DNA of 33,557 nucleotides from positions 1 to 33,557 of the forward strand of contig NW_024705578.1 of assembly GCF_018977255.1 (NCBI RefSeq). Direction: 5' to 3'. Made by a program: the position numbers and the translations under genes. The notes beneath the pieces are model-generated. The model saw nothing but the letters and a program-made list of their open reading frames with translations. It was not told where the DNA came from and did no database searches. Positions 24,440 to 33,557 of this stretch are shown piece by piece. How positions within the stretch are numbered: position 1 is the stretch's first letter; every line of letters begins with the position of its first letter. This stretch comes from Callorhinchus milii. Its lineage: Eukaryota.

Positions 24440-25457
24440 CAGGCCGCACTGAAGCTTGTAGCTGTCAGAGCGATTAAAGTTATTTCTGTTTCTCTCAATT
24501 TCAATGGATTATCTAATTAGTCTTTGCCAGTAATAATTAGTTTTACACAACACTTCAACGATATCAAAATCAATTGAGTGTCCCTGTTGGCAAGCATGTT
24601 CTGCCACTGCCGACAGTTGTGTTTGAGATAATTTAATATTTATTTGGTGTTCTTTAGTCTTACACTGGTGTTACGCCCCGTCTGTCCAATATAGCATCTG
24701 CCACATAAACAATTAATCCGATATACACCTTCTGTTGATAATTTAGGTAATTCGTCTTTAGTGCAAGTTACTAGTTTTTGAATTTTGTGTACTGTACCAA
24801 ATCTTACTGTAATGTTTTGCTTTTGCAAAACACGGGCTAATTTGTCAGTTACTCCTGAGATAAATGGTATTTTAATTGTTTTAACAATCTGATCGCTTTC
24901 AGCAGTGTCGCTTTGCGATCGTGATTTGGCATTTAGTGCTCTGTTAATTTGAGCATTATTGTAGCCATTCTGTCGTAATGCTTCTTTAACATGTTTAATT
25001 TCTCTCACTAGACTTTCACCATCTGACACTGTTTTAGCCCGATGTATGAGCGTCTTGATAAGAGAGAATTTCTGAGCTGGGTGATGATGCGAATCTGCAT
25101 TCAGATAGGCATCAGTGTGCGTTTGTTTTCTGTAAACGCTGTGTTATTTTACCATTTAGGCCATGTCCAAGCAAAATATCCAGGAACGGGAGTGTGTTAT
25201 TCACCTCCATTTCCATGGTGAACTGGATGGACGGGTTTTGTGCATTGAGATGATTTAGAAAATCGTTAAGTGTATCTTTACCATGTGGCCAGACAACCAA
25301 AGTGTCATCCTCATATCTAAACCAAAATTATGGTTTAATGTGCTCGAGGCAAGTGCTCTTGTTTCAAAGTTTTCCATTTACAGATTTGCTATAGCAGGAG
25401 ATAAAGGAGAGCCCATTGCTGCTCCTTCCCTCTGTTTAAACAAATCACCTCTCCATG
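24440..25457 (-). pseudogene. PLE reverse transcriptase C-terminal half and GIY-YIG endonuclease
   Basis: GAAMGSPLSPAIANL, RYEDDTLVVWPHG, IQFTMEMEVNNTLPFLD, YLNADSHHHPAQK, GVYRINCLCGRCYIGQTGR and SAVAEHA; disrupted by frameshifts and stops. Confidence 0.95.
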
Positions 25458-25663
25458 ATATTGGTCGCGAAAGCCTATGTGTTAAACAGGTATTAAGATG
25501 TTCAAATACCAAATAGACAACTCATCCAGTCTGCATTAACCACACATCAGGCTTGTGGTAGACCATGCAAACAATCAGGCTTTAATAATAATACTGTGCG
25601 CATTGTCCTTGGAACTGATTGGCCAACACCACAGCTAGAGCCCCCTTTATCGCCTTGTCTTCA

Positions 25664-26137
25664 TGTAGAGATGAAAATAGCGTATCTACGGTGTATATGC
25701 CGACTGCAACTTCAAATGGTAATGGTGTGTGCACGAACCTCTCGAGGGAGACGACGGAGAAGCAGGCCCTACAGAACAGGGTCCCGTCTAAGAGAGGGAG
25801 AGGGGACGTGCCGAATTAAGGGAGTGAAGGGGGCTCCGCAGGACATGTGACGCTGGCTCCGGTTCCGTCTCGAGACACCAAAGAGGGGGCGTGGCCAGAG
25901 GTGGAGCGAGGCCACGCCCAGGAGGATAAGAGGGACGGGGGGCAGAGCGATTGTGGTTGTCTGGCGGGGGAAGCTGATGGTGCGGCGTTGCTTGAGCGTC
26001 GGTCGCCGGGGACTCAGTTACATAGAGAACCTTTTGTGGGTCTAGAGTAACCCCGAGTATTGTTAAACCGTAGCCTGTTCAGTTAATAAATCGTGGTGCC
26101 TCCAGATTTTTGTGTGCCTCGTGAGACACACACTACA
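25664..26137 (+). mobile_element. Solo LTR (474 bp), Gypsy type
   Basis: TGTAG...CTACA ends, flanks TTCA/TTTA (4-bp TSD with one mismatch), and a U5-like end TTAATAAA..TGCCTCCA..TGTGTGC similar to the element A LTR. Confidence 0.75.
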
Positions 26138-26782
26138 TTTAAATCGGTTTTAGACCAGAGAACAATGGCGAAAGAAGAACAGTACAAGGACAACGCAAAC
26201 AAATATTTTTATAATACTGTATCCCGTGTCCTTGTATTGTTGGGCTTCTGGTATTGTTCGCTGGTAAGTCAGTAAATCTGAGCAGTTATTTTTGTGCACT
26301 CATGAGTCCAGTCCACCACGAATGCGCGCTAACCTTTCCCCGAACCTCTGATGAGCACGGTTGGCTATGTACGGCCTGAAAAAAGTTTAACATTCATACA
26401 TACACGTCACGATCGAATCAGTGTACGATGGACAGTGCGCAGCTGACAAAGCCGATGTGAGCTTGAACGTCAACTGTCAGCAAGAATGTCGAGGCACGTT
26501 GCGTTATCCGCCACTGGAATGTGCCAGCCGATTATGTGTGATGGACTCACCATTTTATTCTTGTGAGCTAATGGCGGTTGCTGAGTGTGATGAATTCAGT
26601 CGAATTCAGACACTTTGACATCATGCAGCTGTTTATGTAGTCATTGCACGGTATCAGACATGGAATGTAAAAAACACGCAAATTAGTTTTGGATTTATAG
26701 TAGAGCTGCACACGATGGACATATGCATGCACGCTGATATGATGATGTGCAATGCCGATGACTGCAATCTACTTAACTAAGC

Positions 26783-26922
26783 TATTTTATTTGATCAGAT
26801 AACACCCACTGAGCTATATATCTATTTTTCAGAAGAGACCTGCCACAAATGATAGCAGCAACCAAATACTCTAAATGTGGAGGAAAACACCAGGGGACCC
26901 GGATAAAAATCCACGCGACCAA
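26783..26922 (-). mobile_element. 5'-truncated V-SINE-like copy (same family as 29370-29662)
   Basis: Aligns by eye with 29375-29555 (CTGAGCTATATA, CTAAATGTGGAG, CCCGGA.AAAAATCCACGCG). Confidence 0.75.
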
Positions 26923-27369
26923 GACGTCAGCGGTGTAGAGTAGAAAGAGCACAGGGCAAAGTCTACTAACTTGTGGCACACCGCTTGTCACCTGTGACCT
27001 TCCTGAATGTTAAAATAAAATAACTTAATCTGTACCAATCCTCGCACAAGGCCATGCGGAGAGGGTTTGTGACACAGTTTGGCCCCAGATATAGTAGAGT
27101 GTGGTCGTGTCGTTACAGTTCTCTGCGGTAACAATATATTTAAAAACAATGGCACTGCCACTCCTCTCTAAATTAAATTAACGCTTAGCCTATTGCACGT
27201 TCCGAGATTTGGCGGTGATCGGGACGCCCACCCTGCAAGTTTGCAGTCATGCCGGAATAGGAAAAGGTGAAGATGCTGTGAACAACCCAATCAGATCTGT
27301 CCAATAGGCATAGCAGCGTGACATCACCACAGTCAGCTGCCATAAATGCATAATGGATGACCCTCAGGA

Positions 27370-27462
27370 TGTATGTGTGTTGAACTTCTTTCGCACCATA
27401 ACTAGCCAACCGTGCTAATCAGAGATGTGGAGGAAATGACAATAAACTAAACACAACAACAA
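27370..27462 (+). repeat. Probable SINE/LINE 3' tail fragment
   Basis: Interrupts the L2 RT and ends in GACAATAAAC plus a short (CAA)n run; the family is not established. Confidence 0.35.
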
Positions 27463-28151
27463 GCAGTTATAAAAAAAAGAGTTTTCAATGTATATTATTT
27501 ATTATATTTTTTTATTGAGGTACGCCACAAATCTGGTATAACGCGCCGGGGGTGTCAGGGGAGCGAGGCAGTCAATGTAGATTATTTAAAAGTGCACTGC
27601 TCACTGCAGTGGCTTCCTAATATTGGAATAAAGAACATTCCGCAGAAGCACATCTGAAAGCGCCGCGCGAAGCGGTGACCACCGTCTTTGTTCCATGGTT
27701 AGCCAAAAGCCACGGCTGCTGCTATTGCTGGGAGGGATGCCGTTGCTGCCGACGAGTAACCGCATCGGTACCCTGACGGCAGCCTTGTGATGAGGCTGTT
27801 TAATTCGACAAAATCCATAAGCTGACGACAAATCACTTTCTCTCAATTAGCGTCGACGTGAATGTCAAATTGGAGGCCCTGCAGTTATTTGTAGTCAGAA
27901 GGTGCCTGCTCCAGCCTTCTTCATCGTGGTGTGACGATGCCATGGCCACTGGCTGGTTGATGGACAGCCTGGAATCAGAATTAGGCTCTTTATTTAGATT
28001 GGGGAGGAGTCCGTTGAGCTGGAATGCTCTTGTTCATAGATGTCCAGTAAGTGCAAGGGGCATGACGTTACAACAATAAACAATACAAAAATGCGATAGA
28101 AGTGCTGAGTAGCAAGTCACTAAAATAAACACGTAAAATAGATCAAGTATC

Positions 28152-29080
28152 TTCTTGGTTCTTTCGGTAAAGTCACGTAGAATGGAAATAATAAAATAAT
28201 AAAAATAAAACATAATAAAATAATTCTCACGACGTTTCGGCCACAACGCAAGCAGCCGTCCTCAGGTGAAGAACAGGTCTGTCGAGAAGACAGAGTCTGA
28301 ATGAGACACCCCAGGCTTGGAGCGTCTATTTAAGCTGGGTTGGAGGGGGGAGAGCGCCTTGACAAAATAATTTGCATATCAAGAGGAATTTAGCATTTTT
28401 ATGGGAAATGCAGATATGCGATTAGTACTACTTGTGAAATGCGTAGGAGGTGGGCGGGGGGTTTAAAGTCATATTATGCCTGTGCATTATGCAGGATTAG
28501 CAGCATCAAAGGGAGGGGATAGAAGTAGCATTAATAAAGGAAGGAATGTTAATAGTATGTAGCTAGATCAAGTATATAAGTACAATTTCAAAAGTCAATT
28601 AATTCCTGCCGATTTTTCAACAATAAATGCAAGATCTTGACTTAAAGCTTTCGTGACTGCAGAAATTCATATTCTTTGGGTAGATAGAACAATAAAATAA
28701 TAAAAAATGAAATAAAGTGATTAAAAAATAAAAATTAAAAATGATATTACTATAAAGTTTAAATGTAAACTTGGGCCAGGCAAAAAAACTGTCCCAGACC
28801 ACAGAGTAGTCATTCCTCAATAAAATGGCACGTGGACATTGAAGTGCCGATAGGCGGGTAAGGATACAAGTAAAAAATCACATTTGTCAGTGGGGTTATA
28901 TCGAGATCTTCGATCTCAAGATATTTTTTTGAAGGAAGATTAACAATGTTCAGTTTTGAAACAAGGTTTTTCCAAAACTTTGTGCTCAGTAAAGAGATAA
29001 TGATGGATGTGTTTACATACAGATGCACCACACCGAGAAAACCGGTCTAACGCCGGTGCAAAGACGAGACCACATCTTTA
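28152..29080 (-). mobile_element. Non-autonomous PLE-like element with hammerhead terminal region
   Basis: Conserved tail at 28155-28179, hammerhead at 28224-28273 and TATA-like CTTAAATAG about 60 nt upstream on the minus strand. The right boundary is uncertain. Confidence 0.55.
28224..28273 (-). ncRNA. Minimal type I hammerhead ribozyme motif with intact core
   Basis: Minus strand TTCTTCAC-CTGAGGA-C-GGCTGC-TTGCGTT-GTGGCC-GAAAC-GTC-GTGAGAA. Predicted cleavage after GUC, between 28231 and 28230. Confidence 0.82.
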
Positions 29081-29149
29081 CATCTCCTGTATTATTATTC
29101 TGGTAATGGTAAATAAAGCCATTTTTTAAAAAGGACTAAGATGCTCCTT

Positions 29150-29721
29150 ATAGCCTTAACAGACCATTAGGACAAGTGCTGTTATCGAGCACCTATGAAC
29201 GCCGCCACAGCACACGAAGGGGTGGCCAACACCCAGATCGGCCGCCTTTGTTTCTCCAGTGGCGATGTTTACACACTGCACCAAAGACTCAATTTCAGGC
29301 TGACTCGACTTAGGGGAGGCCCAGGACCGGTCAGATAATCGTCACTGGTGTTGGCCGTGAACGGGAATCTAAAATTAATTTATTTACCAGGTAAGGCCCC
29401 CTGAGCTATATAGCTCTTTTCTTCAGAGGCGACCTGGCCACAGATGATAGCTCAAAAAAGTGGCTTTTCATTTATAATAGGCAAATACTCAAAGCGCATG
29501 TTTCTAAATGTGGAGAGAAAACCAGAGGGCCCGGAGAAAAATCCACGCGGCCAGGGGGAGAAAATACAAATCCAAAATATCTAGGCCTCAAGGTAAGTAT
29601 CGAACCTCAGACCTCCTGCATACCAGGCGAGGTAGTTAACATCTCGCCACCATGGGGCACCCATCGAACTCGGGTCGCCGAATTTGTAGTGCAGCGCGCT
29701 AACGACTATACTACCGCTCCC
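29150..29721 (-). mobile_element. tRNA-derived SINE split by a nested V-SINE
   Basis: Head GGGAGCGGTAGTATAGTCGTTAGCGCGCTGCACTACAAATTCGGCGACCCGAGTTCGAT (29721-29663) continues as TCCCGTTCACGG from 29366. The 3' boundary is approximate. Confidence 0.75.
29370..29662 (-). mobile_element. V-SINE-like tRNA-derived SINE
   Basis: tRNA-like head with A box TGGCGAGATG and B box GGTTCGATAC; central CGCGTGGATTTTTCTCCGGGCCCTCTGGTTTTCTCTCCACA resembling the V-domain; LINE-like tail ending CCTGGTAAATAAA; ATC repeated on both flanks. Confidence 0.8.
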
Positions 29722-29839
29722 TACAATGCACAGACACAGCCGGGTAGATAATGTCATGCGTCAGCGAATTGATCATCATATATATAGAACAGGCATTGAG
29801 GAAATCACTCTGGACGCGTGCACGCACTAAACAAGGACT

Positions 29840-32155
29840 CAGCTGGAGGTACTTGCCAGCTGAAGAACCGGCCAGCTACCTTTATAAGGATTTTCACCTT
29901 GATGTGGTGGAAAGACTTGAGTGTTCCAATGATCTAGAGAGCGAAGCCGTCGGGAGTTATGCTCCTGGTAGGGTCACCCATGGCGGTAAGGTCGAGGGGT
30001 AGGTCCCGGACTAAGTTATAATTCCCAGTACCCCCCTGGGTAGATGTGGCTCTATAGCGTTGTGTGGCAACTCACCTAGGAGAAGGCCACTCCAAATTAA
30101 AACCTACAACTCTGTGGTTTCCATAGCCGTCTTAGCTCGCTGAGCCACTGTGGAGTAACCCTGCGGCTAAAGAGTCGGATTGGTGTGCGAGAGCTGATCT
30201 GTGCTTTAAATTAACTCTAGCGCATGTGGGAGGAAAATAAAACATCTACATCGATGGGGAAAGGCAAAAACGGTAGGTGCAAGATGGCACTGGCAGCCGC
30301 AGCTTTGAACCTGCATGTAGGGCTCGGCTGTATTGGTCGTGCTGTTGACTAGAGGTAACAACATCATCCGGCAGCATCCTGAGCAAGCAAGCAGCCTTTT
30401 CTATAGACAGCACTGCTTGCTCCTGATGGAGAGAGGCCTAGAAAAGGTGGCCTAAACAGATCTGGCCTCAACTCACCCGGTTGGCTTAACGCAGCCAACG
30501 GGCATCCCTTTATGTGGTCATAAGAAAAGAAGAATCCAAACTTCTCAAAATTTGCATGCTGGAACGTTCGCACAATGATGGACTCGGATGAAAACAACCG
30601 ACCACAAAGACGCTCAACTCTACTCAAGTTCAAGTTCATTTATTAGGTATAGCCCTGTGAGCCATTCGGCTCTTGAATCGGGTGCAACCGCAACAAACAA
30701 AAAACAAAAACATGAACAAAAAAACATCTTAAAGTGAATATGTGACTGAGTGCAAACAGAAAATCTAATTAAAGACAGCAAAATATTGCAGAAAAAACAC
30801 CGTACACCAACGCTGTGTGCAAAAATCCCAGTGGGATGCAAGTCAAACAACCAACAACAACCACGAGACAACTTAGATTAAGGCCATCAGTCTAACTCTG
30901 TACTACAACAAACAAACATGGCTAAACCAATACACTTTTCGAAATCACCAAAATAAAGCCATGAAAGCAATGAAACAGTGATCATAGGAACTGTGACGGA
31001 ATTTTCACAATAAATGGCATACACAACATGTACTACCAAAACCCTGCAGCCATAGCTGGCTGCATGATGCACCTTTAAGAACAGCACACTAAATCAAAAC
31101 ACAGGTCATACTTTATAGCGATCATCCAGAGCGAAGCATTTTATTTTAGGCCACTGAATAGCACTGGCAGCTAGGGGTGTACAACTCCTCTAGAGCAGTT
31201 TTGAGTGAAGATCTCATAGGTAGTGACTCAAGTTTCAATTTATTGGCAACAGCATTCCAGACCCTGGGGCATCAATAGCAAAGGCCCTTCCTCCAGTATA
31301 TGTACGGCAATAGGGAATATGAAGCTGGTAAATGAGTGTAGACCTTAGGTCAAATTTGTTCTTTGAAACAGAGAGGAGATCCAGCAGGTAATCTGCGGAT
31401 ATTTTTGTAAGTACATCATGAATAAATAAGATCTGGTGCACAAGCCGTCGAACATTCAGAGATGTTAAGTTTGACCCAATGTAGAGATCACAGTGGTGAG
31501 ACCTATATGGGCAGTTCAATGCGAATCTTAAGGCCGAGTGGTACATTGAGTCAAGCTTCTTCAGTACAGTACTTGGGGCTGATTTATACACGATGTCACA
31601 GTAATCAAGTAGAGGCAGTATGGTAGCTTTAATCAATTCCAAACGGGGTTATGGGACAAATATAGGGTTTAAAAGGATACAATGATGGAGTGTATAAGTG
31701 TCTATAAATTGTTTTATTAGCAGGTGTATGGCAAATTTAGCAATAAGTATTGACGCGAAGTAACGCGGGTAGCCGTTTATAGAGTTGAGTGTGGCACTAG
31801 ATATGGCCGGGAGGGACAGCAGTAAAATACACAGCAGGAGAATTGACATCTTTAAAACACTAAATTTAAACACACACACAGCTCACTCAAGGGAGCTTGC
31901 GAAACTTGACATTGACATTGCAGCACTCAGCAAAGTTCACTTCGCAGAGCATGGGTCCCTTACTGAAGACTGGGTGGGCTCCACCCTGTTCTGGTCAGGG
32001 AAAGCCAAAGAGGAGAGACGCCTATCAAGACGTTAGCATCATGATGGAAAACACCATCGCTGCAAACTCCTCAGCCTTCCAATTAGCCATTCAGACCACC
32101 TGATGTCTGTACGGCTACCGATCCAGGGTGACCAATTTACCACTATTATCAGTAC
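29840..32155 (+). mobile_element. 5' part of an RTE-clade (BovB-like) LINE: 5' UTR and N-terminal APE endonuclease, split by an insertion
   Basis: KFACWNVRTMMDSDENNRPQRRSTL (about 30548-30622) resumes as SRELAKLDIDIAALSKVHFAEHGSL...TLFWSGKAKEERR from 31887. The 5' UTR contains GCTCCTGGTAGGGTCACCCATGGC. The left boundary is approximate. Confidence 0.88.
30629..31884 (-). mobile_element. L2/Crack-type LINE derivative (1256 bp) with 7-bp TSD
   Basis: TSD ACTCAAG (30622-30628, 31885-31891); ORF2 C-terminus ILPLLDYCDIVY...YHSALRF...HHCDLY (31235-31642); 3' UTR ending AATAAA-TGAACTTGAA tandem tail. Confidence 0.88.
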
Positions 32156-32156
32156 C

Positions 32157-32226
32157 CTTTGGTTATTTCGGTAAAGTCACATAGGTAGAGAAAATAATAG
32201 ATCACGACGTTTCGATCGCAACAACA
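32157..32226 (-). mobile_element. PLE-type terminal scrap: 3' half of a hammerhead plus the conserved tail
   Basis: Minus strand GTTGCGATC-GAAAC-GTC-GTGATC, then TATGTGACTTTACCGAAATAACCAA (23/25 match to the other copies). The CUGANGA half is missing. Confidence 0.75.
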
Positions 32227-32229
32227 GGC

Positions 32230-33557
32230 TGGAGGTGGCTGTGCTCTAGGTCGGCCGTGTTGGCTGAACCCACGGCCGGCACAGAGGAGGCAGCACTGGA
32301 GCTGCGTCTGGTCGCCTGCGCTGGAGTAAGAGAGTGATTTCCCTTTGCGCCCCCTTTTTATCTCCCTACATCTAAGGATGCGGCTCCGAGCGGGATGGCG
32401 GCCCTCAGTTTTTCCTTAACAATGGGCTCGCGCCGCGTAGCACGCGCACGGCGGTTCCGGGCGCTTTGATATGCTAATCGGATGTGCTGCGTCGCCGATT
32501 CCAATTGATCCCCTTCTCATGCATGCGCCGTGCTCCTGCGCACCATGCAGCGGCGTCCATCACCACGGCTGCTGCGGAAGTTAAGCGCGGAGCCTCCGCA
32601 TGTCCCCACCACCTGCCCTATCAATTGCGCACCCTAAACTATGCCGCCCCGTCCCTCCTCTGCCTGTCTCGTGACCCGTGGGGGTGTGTGTGGGGGGATG
32701 CGTTTCAACCGCGGTGGCCGAATGCCCTTCGCCGTGACCATACCATCTTAAGGCCGGTCGCAGCGCCCGGTGCAAAGTAGCGTCGGGGGAGGTCGTCCAA
32801 TTCCCTGGTTGCCAGAAACCGTGAAAGTCAATCCCGATAAGGCTTCTCGGATAAAAACCGGTCGATCAGGTGACTCCCCTTCCAGCTCTATGGGTGGGGG
32901 GAAAATGCGTGCGGGTGTGTTCATGTGAGATGAGGTGAGGGGACGCGGGGTCGGCTCCGTCGCTTGGTGGTGGCGGGCGTAGATGGGGCGCTGCTGAACG
33001 GTTTCGTGGCGGCGGCATCACACTCCCACCTCGGTAATTGTGGTGGAGATCTGCGCCATCGCCTGCAGGAGCAGCTGCAGCTGGCCTGCAAGGGCACTCC
33101 CCGTCTCCGGCGGCGGCGCGCTGGCAGTGCCACCATCCGCCGTCTCCTCCTGCTCCATCCCAATCCTCTCTCAGGGAATGTCACCGGGGCACCGGACTCT
33201 GGAGTCACTGCTGGAGTCGTCTCCTCCTGCTTCGTCCAATCCTCTCCTCGGGGACCGTCACCGGGCCCCGGACTCCGGGCTCGCTGCTGGAGTCTCCTCT
33301 CCACCGTCGACACTCACCCAAGCGTCCGCCGGTGGGTTTTTACGCCGCACGCCCGATTTTGACATTGCAGCGACGGCGTAGACACGTCTGACACCAGTTG
33401 TAGAAGACTAGTCGACGACGACTCGGTGACGGCTTGGAGGTTAAGGGCTTTCGCCGTAAGTTTTATTAAAATATTACACTAACACACAGGGGGCACAACT
33501 TCCCAGGGTTAGAGGTCCGGGATAGGTCCCTAGTCTCTTGTCACAGCGGCTACCCTG
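32230..33557 (-). mobile_element. 5' part of a third Gypsy element C (LTR end, PBS, decayed gag-like region), running off the window
   Basis: The LTR (33399 to window end) ends CTACA on the minus strand with AATAAA upstream, followed by an AC spacer and PBS TGGTGTCAGACGTG (33396-33383, tRNA-Leu-like). The GC-rich downstream region is assigned to gag mainly by position. Confidence 0.75.

Larger units (their letters stand above)
18121..25485 (-). mobile_element. 5'-truncated Penelope-like retroelement (Penelope/Poseidon type), interrupted by a Tx1 LINE
   Basis: RT and GIY-YIG remnants at 24440-25457. Terminal region at 18121-18347 plus 24131-24440. 28-nt inverted tails at 18121-18148 and 25458-25485. 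Confidence 0.85.
26420..28060 (-). mobile_element. Old fragmented L2/Crack (CR1 group) LINE RT region
   Basis: Colinear minus-strand remnants EKVICRQLMDFVELNSLITRLPSGYR, LRVIHYAFMAADCGDVTLLCLLD, TSGVPQVSRLCPVLFLLYTADV, VHAY....QLY and LCQLRTVHRTL, separated by insertions. Confidence 0.8.

Noticed and set aside
18121..25485. Large DNA transposon defined by 28-bp TIRs
   Set aside because: No transposase or matching TSD; the inverted repeats are explained by PLE tail inversion next to RT and GIY-YIG remnants.
29590..29721. Two tRNA-like sequences
   Set aside because: They lack complete cloverleaves and continue into SINE bodies, so they are SINE heads rather than tRNA genes.
32484..33391. Overlapping GC-rich plus-strand ORFs as a host gene
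   Set aside because: They lie directly downstream of a minus-strand LTR and PBS, so they are best read as antisense frames of a decayed Gypsy leader/gag.

Overview
Eukaryotic (animal, probably vertebrate) genomic DNA made mostly of nested, decayed transposable elements. No intact host protein-coding gene can be supported. Left to right: an AT-rich unique region (1-5.9 kb) holds an RTE 3' scrap, a pogo/Tigger-type MITE and a weak candidate terminal exon. A minus-strand Gypsy LTR retrotransposon (about 5992-17046) contains a related plus-strand Gypsy with both LTRs, PBS, PPT and a 4-bp TSD (6888-12654). A 5'-truncated Penelope-like element (PLE, 18121-25485) with inverted 28-nt tails contains a full-length Tx1-clade LINE (18348-24130). 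These are followed by a solo LTR, a fragmented L2/Crack-type LINE, tRNA-derived SINEs (a V-SINE nested in another SINE), an RTE 5' half split by a bipartite L2-type insertion with a 7-bp TSD, and the 5' end of a third Gypsy. The most interesting signals are at RNA level: minimal hammerhead ribozyme motifs with a covarying helix II and a near-invariant 25-nt tail (two complete copies and one half copy), and a Tx1 insertion that splits what looks like the hammerhead motif of its host PLE. All assignments come from reading motifs by eye; no database search was run.
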